Assembly: GCA_028286835.1 (NCBI GenBank)
Contig: JAQBQT010000011.1
Coordinates: 71,246-129,191 of the forward strand
DNA: 57,946 nucleotides
Reading direction: 5' to 3'
DNA from: Candidatus Parcubacteria bacterium
GTDB taxonomy: Bacteria; Patescibacteriota; Minisyncoccia; Phycocordibacterales; PALSA-1337
The translations under genes were made by a program, and so were the position numbers. The notes under the pieces were generated by a model. That model had not been told where the DNA came from and did not search any database. It saw only the letters and a list, made by a program, of their open reading frames with translations. This document shows, piece after piece, positions 20,561 to 29,698 of this stretch; the stretch's first letter is position 1; every line of letters starts with the position of its first letter.

Positions 20561-21424
20561 ATGACTGCTGCCGCCGCAAAAAACTCACAGAAAAAACTCC
20601 AGGGCTTCAAGCGCGAGGTCTGGACATACTATAGAGCACACAAGCGCGACATGCCGTGGCGCCGCGATATGTCTCCATACGCCATCATCGTGTCGGAGAT
20701 CATGCTCCAGCAGACACAGGTCCCGCGCGTAGTTCCCAAGTTCGATTCGTGGATGAAACGCTTCCCTGATTGGAGAACGCTCGCGAAGACACCGACCAGG
20801 AATGTGCTCAAGGAATGGTCAGGGCTCGGCTACAACCGCCGCGCGCTCTATCTCAAGCGCATCGCAGAGGAGATCACTGACAATGGCAAAAGATCCGAAA
20901 CGCTCCCTTCAGACTATCAAGGTCTCATTCAGCTCCCCGGCATCGGACCAAATACCGCCGGAGCCATTCTCGCCTATGCCTTCAATGTTCCCCACCCATT
21001 CATCGAGACGAATATCCGTTCGGCCTATATCCATTATTTTTTCACCGAAAAGAAAGGCGGCACCAAGATCCCCGACGCGATGATCATGCCTCTCATAGAA
21101 GAAACGCTCGCTGATCCGAAGATCCGCGCCAATCCCCGTGAATGGCACTGGGCCCTCATGGATTACGGCTCTCATCTCAAAGCGAGCCTGCCGAACCCGT
21201 CGCGTAGGAGCGCTCACCATGTGAGGCAAAAGCCATTCAAAGGCTCGAATCGCGAGCTCCGATCGGAGATCTTGAAGAGCGTGTTGAGAAAGCCCGCGCG
21301 CATTCGGGACATAGAAAGCCTGCTCAAGGCGCGATACCCTTCCACGGAGATCCGCAGGAACTTGATTGCCCTGACCCGCGAAGGATTCATCGCCAAGAAA
21401 AATGACATATACCAAATCGCATAA
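20561..21424 (+). CDS. mutY: A/G-specific adenine glycosylase (HhH-GPD) without an Fe-S cluster motif
   Basis: LPWR-like MPWRR, IIVSEIMLQQTQV, WSGLGYNRRA, LPGIGPNTA, ETNIR, ALMDYG. Confidence 0.88.
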   Translation: MTAAAAKNSQKKLQGFKREVWTYYRAHKRDMPWRRDMSPYAIIVSEIMLQQTQVPRVVPKFDSWMKRFPDWRTLAKTPTRNVLKEWSGLGYNRRALYLKRIAEEITDNGKRSETLPSDYQGLIQLPGIGPNTAGAILAYAFNVPHPFIETNIRSAYIHYFFTEKKGGTKIPDAMIMPLIEETLADPKIRANPREWHWALMDYGSHLKASLPNPSRRSAHHVRQKPFKGSNRELRSEILKSVLRKPARIRDIESLLKARYPSTEIRRNLIALTREGFIAKKNDIYQIA

Positions 21425-21443
21425 AATGCCGTACAATTAAGCC

Positions 21444-23723
21444 ATGGCGCTCAACCTCGATACATTAGCAGCCGACCGATTCCGTCTTACGCCTCCCCAG
21501 CGTGATGCTCTGCGCCGGCTTGGCGTGACCACGATCAAGGACCTCCTCTACCATTTCCCTGTCCGCTACGGCGACACCGTCGAGGCCCGGAGCATCGCCT
21601 CGCTCAAGAAGGGCGATACCGCGGTCATATTCGGCAAGATCTCCGGCCTCAAGGCGGGAAAAGGATTCAAATCAAAAGTCGCAATGGCCGACGGCAACGT
21701 GGAGGACGAGTCAGGCAAGATCCACTGCGTCTGGTTCAACCAGCCCTACCTCGCCAAGATGACCGCCGAAGGCGCCTTCGTGCGCATTGAAGGAAAAGTC
21801 TCTCAGAGGCGCCAGACTGAGGAGCTCTATTTCTCCAATCCAAAACTCGAGACGGTGAATGAGCTCCCCATCGGCGTCGGCAATTCCCTGTTCGGCGAAG
21901 GCGGCGCAGCCCACAACCTCTATCCCGTATATCCCGAATCCCGCGGCATCAGCTCGACCTGGATCTATCACAATATCCAGAAGCTCTTCAAGACAGGCAT
22001 CCTCGACGATCTCGAGGACATATTGCCCGGCCACATCCTGGTCAAATATCATCTGCCAAATATCCGCACTGCCCTCATCTGGATCCATGCGCCCATGAAG
22101 AAGGAGGATGCCGAAGCGGCCCGCAAGCGCTTCGCCTTCGAGGAGATATTCCTGATCCAGCTGGCACGGCAGCGCGCCCGCGCCGCATACAAAGACAATC
22201 CGGCATTCATCATTGAGCCGTCGCTCAAGGCCATCGACCAGTTCATCAAGCGCTTCCCCTTCCCGCTCACCGGCGCCCAGGAGAATGCAGTCACTGCGGT
22301 CCTTCAGGACTTCTCGCGCGAGGAGGCCATGACAAGGCTCCTCGAAGGAGACGTGGGCTCAGGCAAGACGGCCGTCGCTGCGACCGCGGCATTCGCGGCC
22401 ATCACCACCCGCCCAAGCCTCATCGACAAGAATGGCAACCGCGTCCAGCAGAAATTCGGCAACCTCCAGGTGGCATACATGTGCCCGACGGAGATCCTGG
22501 CGACCCAACAGTTCGAATCCTTCGTGCAATATTTCGCGTACCTCGGCGTCCACATCGGGCTCATGACATCGTCCGGCTGCCGCGTCTTCCCGTCCAAAGT
22601 AAATCCCAAGGGTTGGACCGACATTTCCCGCACACAGCTTCTTGCCTGGGTGGCGAACGGCGAGATCCCCATCGTCGTCGGTACGCATTCGCTCATCCAG
22701 AAGTCAGTCGAATTCAAGCATCTCGCATTCGTGATCATCGACGAGCAGCACCGCTTTGGCACTGCCCAGCGCGCCAAGCTCGTGAAGAAGAACGAGCATG
22801 CCCTGCCGGCCAAACCTCTGAAGACATTCGGGATGGGCGGTTCAATGGGAGGCACAAGCGCCACCGTCCCCCAGAAGCCGCCTGCGCCTCATCTTCTCTC
22901 CATGACCGCGACTCCCATTCCGCGCACCCTCGCCCTCACCCTTTATGGCGACCTCGATCTCACGCTTATCGACCAGATGCCTGCAGGCAGGAAGCCCGTC
23001 ATCACCGAGATCGTCTATCCGACCAAGCGCGACGAGACATACGAGAAGATCCGCACTGAACTCGCCGCGGGCCGCCAGATGTATGTCATCTGCCCGCGCA
23101 TCAACGAGCCTGATCCTGATAAGGAAGCCGCGGTCATAGCCAAGTCAGTGAAGGAAGAAGCGAAGCGCCTCGAAAAGGAGGTCTTCCCTGATTACAGAGT
23201 GGGCGTCATGCACAGCAAGATGAAGCCGGCCGAGAAGGACCGGGTCATGAATGATTTCAAGGAAGGCCGCATCAAGATCCTCTGCTCGACATCCGTCGTT
23301 GAAGTCGGCGTGAACGTGCCGAACGCCACCGTCATCATCATCGAGGGTGCCGAGCGGTTCGGCCTGGCCCAGCTCCACCAGCTCCGCGGCCGCGTCATGC
23401 GCTCGTCTGATCAGGCATTCTGCTACTGCTTCGCAGAGACGAGCAGCGAGAAGTCCGTGGAGCGTCTCAAGGCCCTCAAGACCGCCAAGAACGGTTTCGA
23501 GCTCGCGGAGTTCGATCTCCAGCAGCGCGGCGCAGGCGAGCTCTCCGGCATACGCCAGTGGGGCGTGTCCGATGTCGCCATGGATGCCCTGAAGAATCTG
23601 CGCCTCGTCGAAGCCGCCCGCACCGAAGCTACCCGATTCGTCTCAGAGGACGCCGAGCTGTCAAAATACCCGAGCCTCCGTACCGCCGTAGACGAGAAGG
23701 ACGCGGGGACGCATTTTGAATAA
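21444..23723 (+). CDS. recG: ATP-dependent DNA helicase RecG
   Basis: Wedge OB domain, LLEGDVGSGKT, DEQHRFG, MTATPIPRTL, EGAERFGLAQLHQLRGRV, DLQQRGAGE. Confidence 0.97.
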   Translation: MALNLDTLAADRFRLTPPQRDALRRLGVTTIKDLLYHFPVRYGDTVEARSIASLKKGDTAVIFGKISGLKAGKGFKSKVAMADGNVEDESGKIHCVWFNQPYLAKMTAEGAFVRIEGKVSQRRQTEELYFSNPKLETVNELPIGVGNSLFGEGGAAHNLYPVYPESRGISSTWIYHNIQKLFKTGILDDLEDILPGHILVKYHLPNIRTALIWIHAPMKKEDAEAARKRFAFEEIFLIQLARQRARAAYKDNPAFIIEPSLKAIDQFIKRFPFPLTGAQENAVTAVLQDFSREEAMTRLLEGDVGSGKTAVAATAAFAAITTRPSLIDKNGNRVQQKFGNLQVAYMCPTEILATQQFESFVQYFAYLGVHIGLMTSSGCRVFPSKVNPKGWTDISRTQLLAWVANGEIPIVVGTHSLIQKSVEFKHLAFVIIDEQHRFGTAQRAKLVKKNEHALPAKPLKTFGMGGSMGGTSATVPQKPPAPHLLSMTATPIPRTLALTLYGDLDLTLIDQMPAGRKPVITEIVYPTKRDETYEKIRTELAAGRQMYVICPRINEPDPDKEAAVIAKSVKEEAKRLEKEVFPDYRVGVMHSKMKPAEKDRVMNDFKEGRIKILCSTSVVEVGVNVPNATVIIIEGAERFGLAQLHQLRGRVMRSSDQAFCYCFAETSSEKSVERLKALKTAKNGFELAEFDLQQRGAGELSGIRQWGVSDVAMDALKNLRLVEAARTEATRFVSEDAELSKYPSLRTAVDEKDAGTHFE

Positions 23724-23882
23724 ACCCCTAGAATTTGTAACATTTATCTTCCTCATACGATTTATATATAAGTAGAGGCTAATGCTGCGCACGGATAGGT
23801 CATTCTATACTCAAAAGATGCCCCTAAATTAGACAAAAGACCCGAACCATGCTACAAACATTAGAGGGATCAATAACAGGTT

Positions 23883-24344
23883 ATGAATAAGGTAAAGAAC
23901 CGAAATACTACCCAGAATGTAGTCATAACCATACTAATCACCATACTCTGCGTAGTATTACTACTATATATAGAGCGTGACTTAGTATACGCAAAACTCA
24001 AAGACTGGAAACTTGTTCCTCAGCCTGAACACTTCACAGAGTTGTACTTCAACAACTATGACGATTTGCCCAAGCGCAGCGTCAAAGGCTTCACTGCTGC
24101 GTTCTCGTTCACTATCCATAATATGGAAGGTGCGACGATGACATACCCGTACAAAGTATATTTCGAGTACTCAAGCGGACGAATAACGCCCTTCGTGGAA
24201 GGCTCCATAACATTGGCTGACGGCGAATCCTACGCAACAACAACCACACACGTCTTTGAAACGACGGATTTGCAAGGAAAAGTCATAGTAGCCATCCCCA
24301 CACTCAATCAAGAAATAGACTCCATACTGCCAAATAACAATTAA
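23883..24344 (+). CDS. Membrane-anchored protein, DUF1616-like
   Basis: N-terminal TM, then EHFTELYF...LP...FTIHNMEGATMTYPYKV resembling the DUF1616 C-terminal domain. Confidence 0.55.
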   Translation: MNKVKNRNTTQNVVITILITILCVVLLLYIERDLVYAKLKDWKLVPQPEHFTELYFNNYDDLPKRSVKGFTAAFSFTIHNMEGATMTYPYKVYFEYSSGRITPFVEGSITLADGESYATTTTHVFETTDLQGKVIVAIPTLNQEIDSILPNNN

Positions 24345-24347
24345 ACT

Positions 24348-25130
24348 ATGTCTCATCAAAATACCACTCTAAAAAAGGTCAGCGTACTGATACCCTGCTA
24401 TAACGAAGTGGGTGGTATCGCAAACGTAATAAAGAGTTTCCCTTTCGAAAAGGCGCTCTCTCAGGGGTTTTTATTCGACATCATCGTCATCGACAATAAC
24501 TCGACAGATCAGACTGCGGATATTGCCCGTGCACATGGGGCTACTGTCCTCTTCGAACCTATGAAGGGCAAGGGTAATGCGATGAAACGCGGCTTCTATT
24601 CCATACCGACGGACACGGACTACGTAGTCATGCTAGATGGGGACGATACATATCGTCCCGAAGAGATCCTCCGCCTTATAGAGCCTCTTCATTCAGATTT
24701 CTGCGACGTTGTGATCGGTTCCCGCCTCAGCGGACGCATTATGAATGGTTCCATGAACAACCTCAACCGAGCGGGTAACTGGATCTACTCCCATTTGGTG
24801 CGCTATTTCTATAAGGTGAATGTCACAGACGTTCTCACAGGTTACTTCGCCTGGAAGAAATCTGCTCTCGAAGACCTCAGACCACACCTCTATTCTCAGG
24901 GCTTTGCCATTGAGATGGAGATGGTCACTAAGATGGCAAAATTGAATCAGCAAATCTGTTGCGTGCCTATCAGTTATCACATTCGCGCTGGAAGGACTAA
25001 TTTGAGCCCCGTACGCGATGGCATCCGTATCCTTTGGATGTTCACAAAGAACCTTTATTGGGCTCCCACTATCCCTACAAAGAAATCACTCGAAGAGTCT
25101 AAATTCGTCTCACAATTGCAGCAAGGTTAA
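24348..25130 (+). CDS. GT2 glycosyltransferase (polyprenol-phosphate glycosyltransferase-like)
   Basis: VSVLIPCYNE, VIDNNSTD, GKGNA, MLDGDDTY, VIGSR, DVLTGY, FAIEMEM. Confidence 0.92.
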   Translation: MSHQNTTLKKVSVLIPCYNEVGGIANVIKSFPFEKALSQGFLFDIIVIDNNSTDQTADIARAHGATVLFEPMKGKGNAMKRGFYSIPTDTDYVVMLDGDDTYRPEEILRLIEPLHSDFCDVVIGSRLSGRIMNGSMNNLNRAGNWIYSHLVRYFYKVNVTDVLTGYFAWKKSALEDLRPHLYSQGFAIEMEMVTKMAKLNQQICCVPISYHIRAGRTNLSPVRDGIRILWMFTKNLYWAPTIPTKKSLEESKFVSQLQQG

Positions 25131-25140
25131 CATCGTTCCG

Positions 25141-28100
25141 ATGGAGTCTTTTACAGGAAAAAAAATAGTCATAGTGGCCCATCACTATCCGCCACATATC
25201 ACTGGCGTAGGTTTCGTAGCTCAGAACCATGCCCGCCGTCTCGCAGCACTTGGTCATAAGGTAACAGTCATAACGAGCGACACTGGCCCGATGGAGAAAG
25301 ACGCAGTACAAGACGGGGTGCGAGTCGTTCGAATCAAGGCTTGGAATATCACGGAAGACTGGAATGCGCCCTTCCCTCTTTTTTCGCCGACCCTAGCATT
25401 CACCCTCTCCAAATATATTCGGGATGCAGACATTGTGCATGTGCACGATTCTTTTTATATCAGTTCATTCTTTGCAAGCGTTATAAGCTGGATATACCGC
25501 AAGCCGCTACTCCTTACACAACACGTAGCCATGATTGCCCATCCGAGCAAAATCATCGTTGCGATACAAAAAATAGTATATGCAACGACCGGAAAAATAA
25601 TTTTTTCCTTAAGCAAGCGCATATTTGTTTTCAATAATAGGATCGAGAATTTTCTTTTAGAAAAAGGTGTTTTGCAGGACAAGATAATAAGCCTATTCAA
25701 TGGCGTCGATACGGAGGTCTTTCGCCCTGCCGCCGGCGATGAGAAAAAAAATTTAAGGAAGAAGTTCAATCTTAGCCTCGAGAAGAAGATCGTGCTTTTC
25801 GTGGGAAGATTCGTCCCCAAAAAGGGCTTTGATAAAGTACTTAGACTCGGAAGCAGCGAGTATCAAGTCGCGTGCGTCGGAGGCGAGGAGTCAAAAGAGA
25901 AAATAGAAGGCGATGTGGTGTTCCTCGGCAAAGTCGACCAGAGCAAACTCGCTGAGATATATCGTGCAGCAGACATATTCCTGCTTCCATCCGAAAGCGA
26001 AGGCTTCCCACTCTCCGTACAGGAAGCCATGGCTTCAGGATTGCCGATCATCACCACGGACGATCCTGGCTACGAAAAATACCATTTCGACAGACAGAAC
26101 ATGCATCTCATAGACAATACGGATATCGAATCGATACGAAAAATCGTACTGCAAACATGTAGAGATGAGAAGATTCTTCAGAGGATGTCGACATATTCAG
26201 AGCGATACGCTAAGGAGAACTTCAACTGGGATAAATCTATAGCCAAGCTCGATGGCATATATTCAGAGTTAATTGGTACGAACAGCGGTAAGAAACATAT
26301 AACCGTCGTCTCACCGTATTTCTATCCAAAAATCGGAGGCTTGGAGAATATCGCTTATACTACAGCGCGGAATCTTCACCAAAGCGGCATCTACAGGGTA
26401 AGTATCATCACAAGCAATCACACTGGAAAGGAATATGTGAAAGAGACGATCGACGGCATGATCGTTCATAGATTGCCTATACAGTTCATATTATCGAATA
26501 GCCCGGTCAATCTCACATGGTACTGGAAAATCAAGCGCATTTTCAAGGCGGATCGGCCTGACCTCATTCATGTCCATTCCCCTGTCCCGTATATAGCAGA
26601 CATGGCTGCATATGCAGCCGGAAAGACGCCCGTAGTTATCACATACCACTCGGGCAGCATGCGCAAGAATAAATGGCCTGTAGATATCCTCATCGACCTT
26701 TATGAGAAGGTCTTCCTGGTAGCCCTATTCAAAAAAGTTGTGGCTATCGTCGCATATTCACCAGAATTCATTGAGAAGGAACTGAGGCCATTCAAGGAAA
26801 AAACATTCTATATATCCCCAGGCGTCGATTTGAATAGATTTACACCGACCCCGCTCTCCCAGAATAAGGTCGTCACCTTCGTGGGCCGTATGGAGCACGC
26901 AACCAAATGGAAAGGTGTCGAGACCCTTCTGAAAGCCGTAAGCATTTATGCGAAGAAGGACCCTACCGTCCGGTTGAGGCTTGTCGGCACAGGCGACGCC
27001 ATAGAGCACTACAAGAAGATGGCTTTTGACCTGAATATCGGCTCAAATGTGGTCTGCACAGGACCCAAATTGGGTGGTGCTTTGACAGAAGAATACCAAA
27101 GGGCCGATGTCGTAGTGCTTCCTTCCACTTCCAATGCAGAATCATTTGGAATGGTCTTGGTCGAAGCAATGGCTTCAGGTCGACCAATCATTGGTTCGAA
27201 TATCGGCGGCATCCCACAGCTTATAGATGACGGCAAAAACGGCCTGCTTGTAGCCCCAGGCGACGAAGCAGCCCTCGAACAAGCAATTGAAAAAGTGCTT
27301 ACAGATAAGAAGCTGGCATCTACATTCGCTGAGCGATCTCTGGTTAAAGCCCGAGAGTTCAATTGGGCGATCCAAGTGGAGAAGTACCAGAATCTATTTA
27401 AAGAAATTCTCAAGGTAAAGAGCAAGAAAGTCGCGCTCGTGACTGACGCTCTGTATCCATACAACAAAGGAGGCAAGGAAAAGAGAATATACGACATCAG
27501 CACTCGACTAGCTGCACGCGGATACGACGTGACTGTGTATTCGATGAAGTGGTGGAACGGTCCTAAGAAGATCACCGAGAACGGAGTCAAACTATATGGC
27601 ATAAGCCCTTATTTCCCTCTCTACGAAGGCAAGCGCCGTTCTATAAAAGAAGGCGTGCTTTTCTCCCTGCATGCGCTCAAGCTGCTTTGGGAAGACTTCG
27701 ACATCATCGAAGTCGACCATATTCCCCATCTCGTGCTTTTTACAGTCAAGATCGTATGCGTTATTAAAAGAAAGAAGATGATCGCAACATGGCACGAAGT
27801 ATGGGGCAAAACGTACTGGAAGAAATATCTCGGAGCAGCAGGGCTTATAGGATACTGGATAGAAAAAGTAAGTTCGAAGCTTCCTGACATCATCATCTCT
27901 GTTTCTGAGCATACCACTGGAGCATTAAAGAAAACTCTGAGTAGAGAAAAAAACGTTGTTACAATCTCAAATGGGCTGGACGTCATCGGGACACGGACGG
28001 GTCTCACGAAGAGCAATGGTGCGGATATCATATTCGCAGGCCGATTATTGGCTCACAAGAACATCGACATACTTTTGCACGCAATCGCTATCCTAAAAGC

Positions 28101-28539
28101 AAAAAACATCGATGTGACTGCGAATATTATTGGAGAGGGTCCGGAACGAACCAACCTCGAAAATCTGGCGCTGCAGCTGGACCTCACCGATAGAGTCACA
28201 TTCAAAGACTTCTTCATGGATCATAAGGAACTGTATTCGATGATGCAGGCATCAAGGGTCTTCGTACTCCCTTCGACCCGTGAAGGCTTTAGCATCGTAG
28301 CCCTTGAAGCGAACGCATGCGGGCTGCCAGTGGTAGCAATCGATCATCCAGAAAATGCAGCCAAGAACCTCATTACTGATGGCGGGAATGGTATTCTAAC
28401 AACGCTCGACGAAAGCGCTCTAGCCGAATCCATCCTCAAAGCTTTCAAAATGAAGGAAAATGAGCAAAACTATGACAGCTACATAAAGGAGTATGATTGG
28501 GACAGTCTGATCTCGAAAGTAATCACCGTATATGAATAA
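25141..28539 (+). CDS. Triple GT4 (GT-B) glycosyltransferase fusion
   Basis: Three tandem modules, each with an N-terminal YP..GG loop and an E-x7-E signature (EGFPLSVQE, ESFGMVLVE, EGFSIVALE). Start set to ATG 25141. Confidence 0.9.
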   Translation: MESFTGKKIVIVAHHYPPHITGVGFVAQNHARRLAALGHKVTVITSDTGPMEKDAVQDGVRVVRIKAWNITEDWNAPFPLFSPTLAFTLSKYIRDADIVHVHDSFYISSFFASVISWIYRKPLLLTQHVAMIAHPSKIIVAIQKIVYATTGKIIFSLSKRIFVFNNRIENFLLEKGVLQDKIISLFNGVDTEVFRPAAGDEKKNLRKKFNLSLEKKIVLFVGRFVPKKGFDKVLRLGSSEYQVACVGGEESKEKIEGDVVFLGKVDQSKLAEIYRAADIFLLPSESEGFPLSVQEAMASGLPIITTDDPGYEKYHFDRQNMHLIDNTDIESIRKIVLQTCRDEKILQRMSTYSERYAKENFNWDKSIAKLDGIYSELIGTNSGKKHITVVSPYFYPKIGGLENIAYTTARNLHQSGIYRVSIITSNHTGKEYVKETIDGMIVHRLPIQFILSNSPVNLTWYWKIKRIFKADRPDLIHVHSPVPYIADMAAYAAGKTPVVITYHSGSMRKNKWPVDILIDLYEKVFLVALFKKVVAIVAYSPEFIEKELRPFKEKTFYISPGVDLNRFTPTPLSQNKVVTFVGRMEHATKWKGVETLLKAVSIYAKKDPTVRLRLVGTGDAIEHYKKMAFDLNIGSNVVCTGPKLGGALTEEYQRADVVVLPSTSNAESFGMVLVEAMASGRPIIGSNIGGIPQLIDDGKNGLLVAPGDEAALEQAIEKVLTDKKLASTFAERSLVKAREFNWAIQVEKYQNLFKEILKVKSKKVALVTDALYPYNKGGKEKRIYDISTRLAARGYDVTVYSMKWWNGPKKITENGVKLYGISPYFPLYEGKRRSIKEGVLFSLHALKLLWEDFDIIEVDHIPHLVLFTVKIVCVIKRKKMIATWHEVWGKTYWKKYLGAAGLIGYWIEKVSSKLPDIIISVSEHTTGALKKTLSREKNVVTISNGLDVIGTRTGLTKSNGADIIFAGRLLAHKNIDILLHAIAILKAKNIDVTANIIGEGPERTNLENLALQLDLTDRVTFKDFFMDHKELYSMMQASRVFVLPSTREGFSIVALEANACGLPVVAIDHPENAAKNLITDGGNGILTTLDESALAESILKAFKMKENEQNYDSYIKEYDWDSLISKVITVYE

Positions 28540-29698
28540 CCCCACTAACAACAAAAGGGCTCTTCCTCACATTGTCATCGCAACTGCCTATTTCTATCCA
28601 AAGATCGGAGGCGTTGAGAATTATTCCTACATGCTCGCTAAGAAGCTGCAAGAAAGCGGTGAATACACTGTAAGCATCATCACGAGCGACTACGACAATA
28701 CAAAAAACGCAAAACTGATTATCGATGGTATGACTGTATATCGCCTACCTGTGGGCTTCAGACTCTCCAACACTCCGATGAACCTGAGATGGTACTGGGA
28801 AATAAAGAAGATCCTTAAACAAGAGAAGCCCGATATACTTCATGTGCACTCCCCCGTCCCGTACCTTCCAGACATGGCTGCATGGGCAGGTAAAAATGTA
28901 CCCATGGTATTCACATACCATTCGGGCAGCATGAAAAAAGGCAAATGGCCTATCGATGCGCTAATACAGATCTACGAGAAAGTCTTCCTTGCAAAGATGT
29001 TCCAGCGAGCAAGGGCTGTTATCGCAATCTCACAAGAGTTCGTAAAAAATACATTTCCTCAGTACAAGAATAAAACCTTTTTCATTCCGACAGGAGTAGA
29101 TTTAGGCAGGTTTAAGAAGATGCCCTTACCCGCATCACAGCGAGTCACATACGTTGGTCGCATTGAACACAGCTCGAGCTGGAAAGGCATTGATTCATTG
29201 CTCCAAGCCATGACTATCGTCGTATCCCAATGCCCCGAGGCTACGCTTGAGCTTATTGGCGGCGGCGATGCACTCCCCCACTATAAGGAACGTGCGGCGC
29301 AACTCGGCATCGCCGAATCAGTCGTATTTTCTGGACCAAAACGAGGGGCCGAACTGGTCGAAGCATACAGCAGGTCCAACGTAGTCGTTTTATCTTCGAT
29401 ATCAGATTCGGAAGCTTTCAGCGTTACGCTCGTTGAAGCTATGGCATGCGGTAGGCCGATCGTCGGAACCAATATCGGAGGAACTCCTCAGCTCATAGAC
29501 CACGAGAAGAACGGCCTGCTTGTGGCTCCTAACAAGCCAGAAGAGCTTGCGGCTGCAATTATCAGAGTCCTCAACGATACAACTCTTGCACAAAACCTCG
29601 CGGCATCAGGAGCTGAGAGATCCATAGGTTTCTCATGGGATATCCAAGCGAAAAAATACTCCGACATTTTCCAGTCGATGTTAACCAAAAACATATGA
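28532..29698 (+). CDS. GT4 glycosyltransferase
   Basis: YFYPKIGGVEN, EAFSVTLVEAMACG. Close paralog of module 2 of the triple fusion. Confidence 0.92.
   Translation: MNNPTNNKRALPHIVIATAYFYPKIGGVENYSYMLAKKLQESGEYTVSIITSDYDNTKNAKLIIDGMTVYRLPVGFRLSNTPMNLRWYWEIKKILKQEKPDILHVHSPVPYLPDMAAWAGKNVPMVFTYHSGSMKKGKWPIDALIQIYEKVFLAKMFQRARAVIAISQEFVKNTFPQYKNKTFFIPTGVDLGRFKKMPLPASQRVTYVGRIEHSSSWKGIDSLLQAMTIVVSQCPEATLELIGGGDALPHYKERAAQLGIAESVVFSGPKRGAELVEAYSRSNVVVLSSISDSEAFSVTLVEAMACGRPIVGTNIGGTPQLIDHEKNGLLVAPNKPEELAAAIIRVLNDTTLAQNLAASGAERSIGFSWDIQAKKYSDIFQSMLTKNI

Noticed and set aside
22780-22890. Low-complexity insert in RecG (GMGGSMGGTSATVPQKPP) as an intein or mobile insertion
   Set aside because: It is short and in-frame, lacks intein splice motifs, and looks like a variable loop.
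23843-23851. CGAACCATG match to the tRNA-Ile T-arm as an attL for the glycan island
   Set aside because: It is only 9 nt, compatible with chance, and no integrase is present.
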